Assembly: GCA_009103225.1 (NCBI GenBank)
Contig: RHPI01000260.1
Location: forward strand, 506,203-570,202
Direction of reading: 5' to 3'
DNA length: 64,000 bases
Source of the DNA: Chlorokybus atmophyticus
Taxonomy: Eukaryota > Plantae > Mesostigma and Chlorokybus algae
Each line of letters begins with the position of its first letter. The stretch's first letter is position 1. A program made the translations under genes and the position numbers. The notes under the pieces are model-generated. The model made no database searches. It was given only the letters and a program-made list of their open reading frames with translations, and was not told the DNA's origin. This document shows, piece by piece, positions 62,112 through 64,000 of this stretch.

Positions 62112-64000
62112 ATGGGGGAGCCGGGTGACACTGCACCTCCTGGCACGCAATGGATGACACGTTTTCGCTCGCTGCGTGCCGTGCTGCGCATGGCTTTGAG
62201 CGATGACGGTGATGAAGTTGAAGAGCTGCACCGTCTCTTGCTCGATCAAATGGAGAAGGGGCACGTGATTGTGCTTTCAGAACTATTCCAAGGAGACGAC
62301 GACGAGGTCGTCGACAGATTGAAGGACTTTCTTCAACGGCGGCGGCGTGGTATGTATGTACTTAGCTGTAACTCCGTTTGTGCAGTCGTTCCTTGCTTGA
62401 ATCAAGGTTATAGCAATACCTGTGTCTCTGACAGACATTGAAGAACGTCGGCATGGTATGACTTTGCTTTGGATTCGTTAGTGCTTCCTTACTAAAAATC
62501 AGTTATCCTAAGGCCTTTGTCTCTGACAGCAAGTGCAGAACGTTCTGCAGCATTGGAGTGGTCGAACAAGCTGGAATCATTGGTCGCTTCTGGTCTGCTC
62601 AGCACAGCTGATAGGGATACCATCAGGGATGGCTTGCTCAGGCTCTCATTGCAATTTGGCAGCCGTTACGTACTCGATACGCACGTCCGCGGTACTGATG
62701 AACACATTGCAGACAACCTGAAGACCACCTTCATCCCGGCTACTCCTGGTAACCCCCAAACCTTTGTCTTGGGTGATATCTGGTGCTTTGATTCGTGCCT
62801 GCTAGCGTCCCTTGCTGAAGGAAACGTTATGCCAATGCTTGTCTCTGACAGGAAATGAAGAACGTTCTGCTGCTCTGGAGTTGGCCAACAAACTGGAAGC
62901 ATTGGTCACGTCTGGTCTGCTCAGCACAGCTGATAGGAATACCATCAGGGATGGCTTGTTGAGGCTCGCATCACGATTGGGCAGCCGCTACGTACTGGAT
63001 ACGCACGTCCGCGGTACCGATGAACATATCGCAGACAACCTGAGGGCGACCTTCGTTCCATCCATTGCTGGTAACCCTTTGTATCGTGTAACAGCTGCTG
63101 CTGCGTGAGTTCATTCATGTTAGCTGGCTTCTTCTCTCGTGTCATGTCATTGTCTGAACTGGATGTCCGAGCATTTCCAATCACTTATAATTGACCGGTG
63201 TCTGTACAGCGCTTCCAAGAAGCAGGTCGAACGCCAGCACCTACAGCGAGTGGGTGGCGCGAGGGCTCGCGCCAATGCATGCCGAATTGCTGGGCTGCCC
63301 AGAGCTGCCGGCATGGAGCGCATCTTTTGCCAACATCTGGCAACTTAGAGAAGCTGCCTTGCTCAGTCTGCGATGCCATATAAGCGAAGTAGACAGTGAG
63401 AGGCGCGAGGGTCAGGATGCGTACGAGGACATAGGACGACTTGTACAGACCATTATCCAGATCTTGCGCGATGACCGCAACGGCGGCATTGTGCATATCA
63501 ACAAGAGAAGGTCTGACCTTCTTTCCCCAGATATTGCTTGGTGTGGCTTTGACCGTGAGGTACGGTTGGAGCTGCTGCTGTATCAAACCTGCATGTGTTT
63601 ACGTGTTGTCTGTCATCGCAGGCCCAGAACTCGAGCTTGTTGCACCACCATGTTTTGTTACTGATAGAGTATAAAAGGAATTTGCGAGGGCACGCGCAAA
63701 ATACCGGGTAAGTCATAGAAACTGACTTGGGCGTATAAGCAGCAGATACTTGTGAAGGATTGCATGTGTAGTGCACCCAAGTTGGTCTGTTTGTCATGTT
63801 AGGCTGGGGCAGCTCATATCAGGAAGCCTGACCGCTGCAACTGCGCGCAAAAATCAGCCCTTCCAACTGCCTTGCGTCGTACTGGATAGTACGAGTTTAC
63901 AAGCGGCATGTTTCCAGCACCGTCCAAATGGATTGAACATGACGCGGTTTGTACATGGCCGACAAACACTTCAATATGCCGAGTCGCCCGAGAACGGTCG
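62112..64000 (+). CDS. Crinkler-like protein: repeated helical N-terminal modules + PD-(D/E)xK (REase-like) domain, 3'-truncated
   Basis: Exons 62112-62349, 62435-62455, 62530-62748, 62852-63070, 63210-63559, 63622-63707 and 63803-end splice in frame. They give ...RRSDLLSPDIAWCGFDRE|AQNSSLLHHHVLLLIEYKRNLRGHAQNTG|LGQLISGSL..LPCVVLDS, i.e. PD...ExK followed by a GQL helix. Confidence 0.6.

Overview
Eukaryotic nuclear DNA with many introns, most likely from a flagellated green alga. Evidence: short GT-AG introns, plastid-targeted genes with transit peptides, TGTAA poly(A)-type motifs after several stops, an axonemal-type gene, and long ORFs read with the standard code. Left to right: a 5'-truncated Kelch + filamin-repeat gene (+); complex I assembly factor CIA30/NDUFAF1 (-); an aminoalcohol phosphotransferase (+); a single-domain plastid EF-Ts (-); a ~7.5 kb AT-rich gene-free island with perfect palindromes, telomere-like motifs and a gapped (GA)n tract; a hypothetical gene (+); a calpain-like gene lacking all three catalytic residues (-); a hypothetical plastid-type gene (+); a gapped pogo/Tc2-type MITE; a decayed pogo transposase interrupted by an apparently intact intron-containing hAT transposon (16-bp TIRs, 8-bp TSD); a ~15 kb VPS13 gene (+) with an unusual N-terminal hydrophobic helix and two C2 domains; plastid rpl13 (-); an STPG2-like axonemal gene (-); and, running off the right edge, a Crinkler-like gene built from duplicated phase-1 header exons plus a PD-(D/E)xK-like domain. 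No rRNA, tRNA or CRISPR array was recognised. Gene models, family calls and coordinates come from manual translation and remembered consensus motifs, not database searches.
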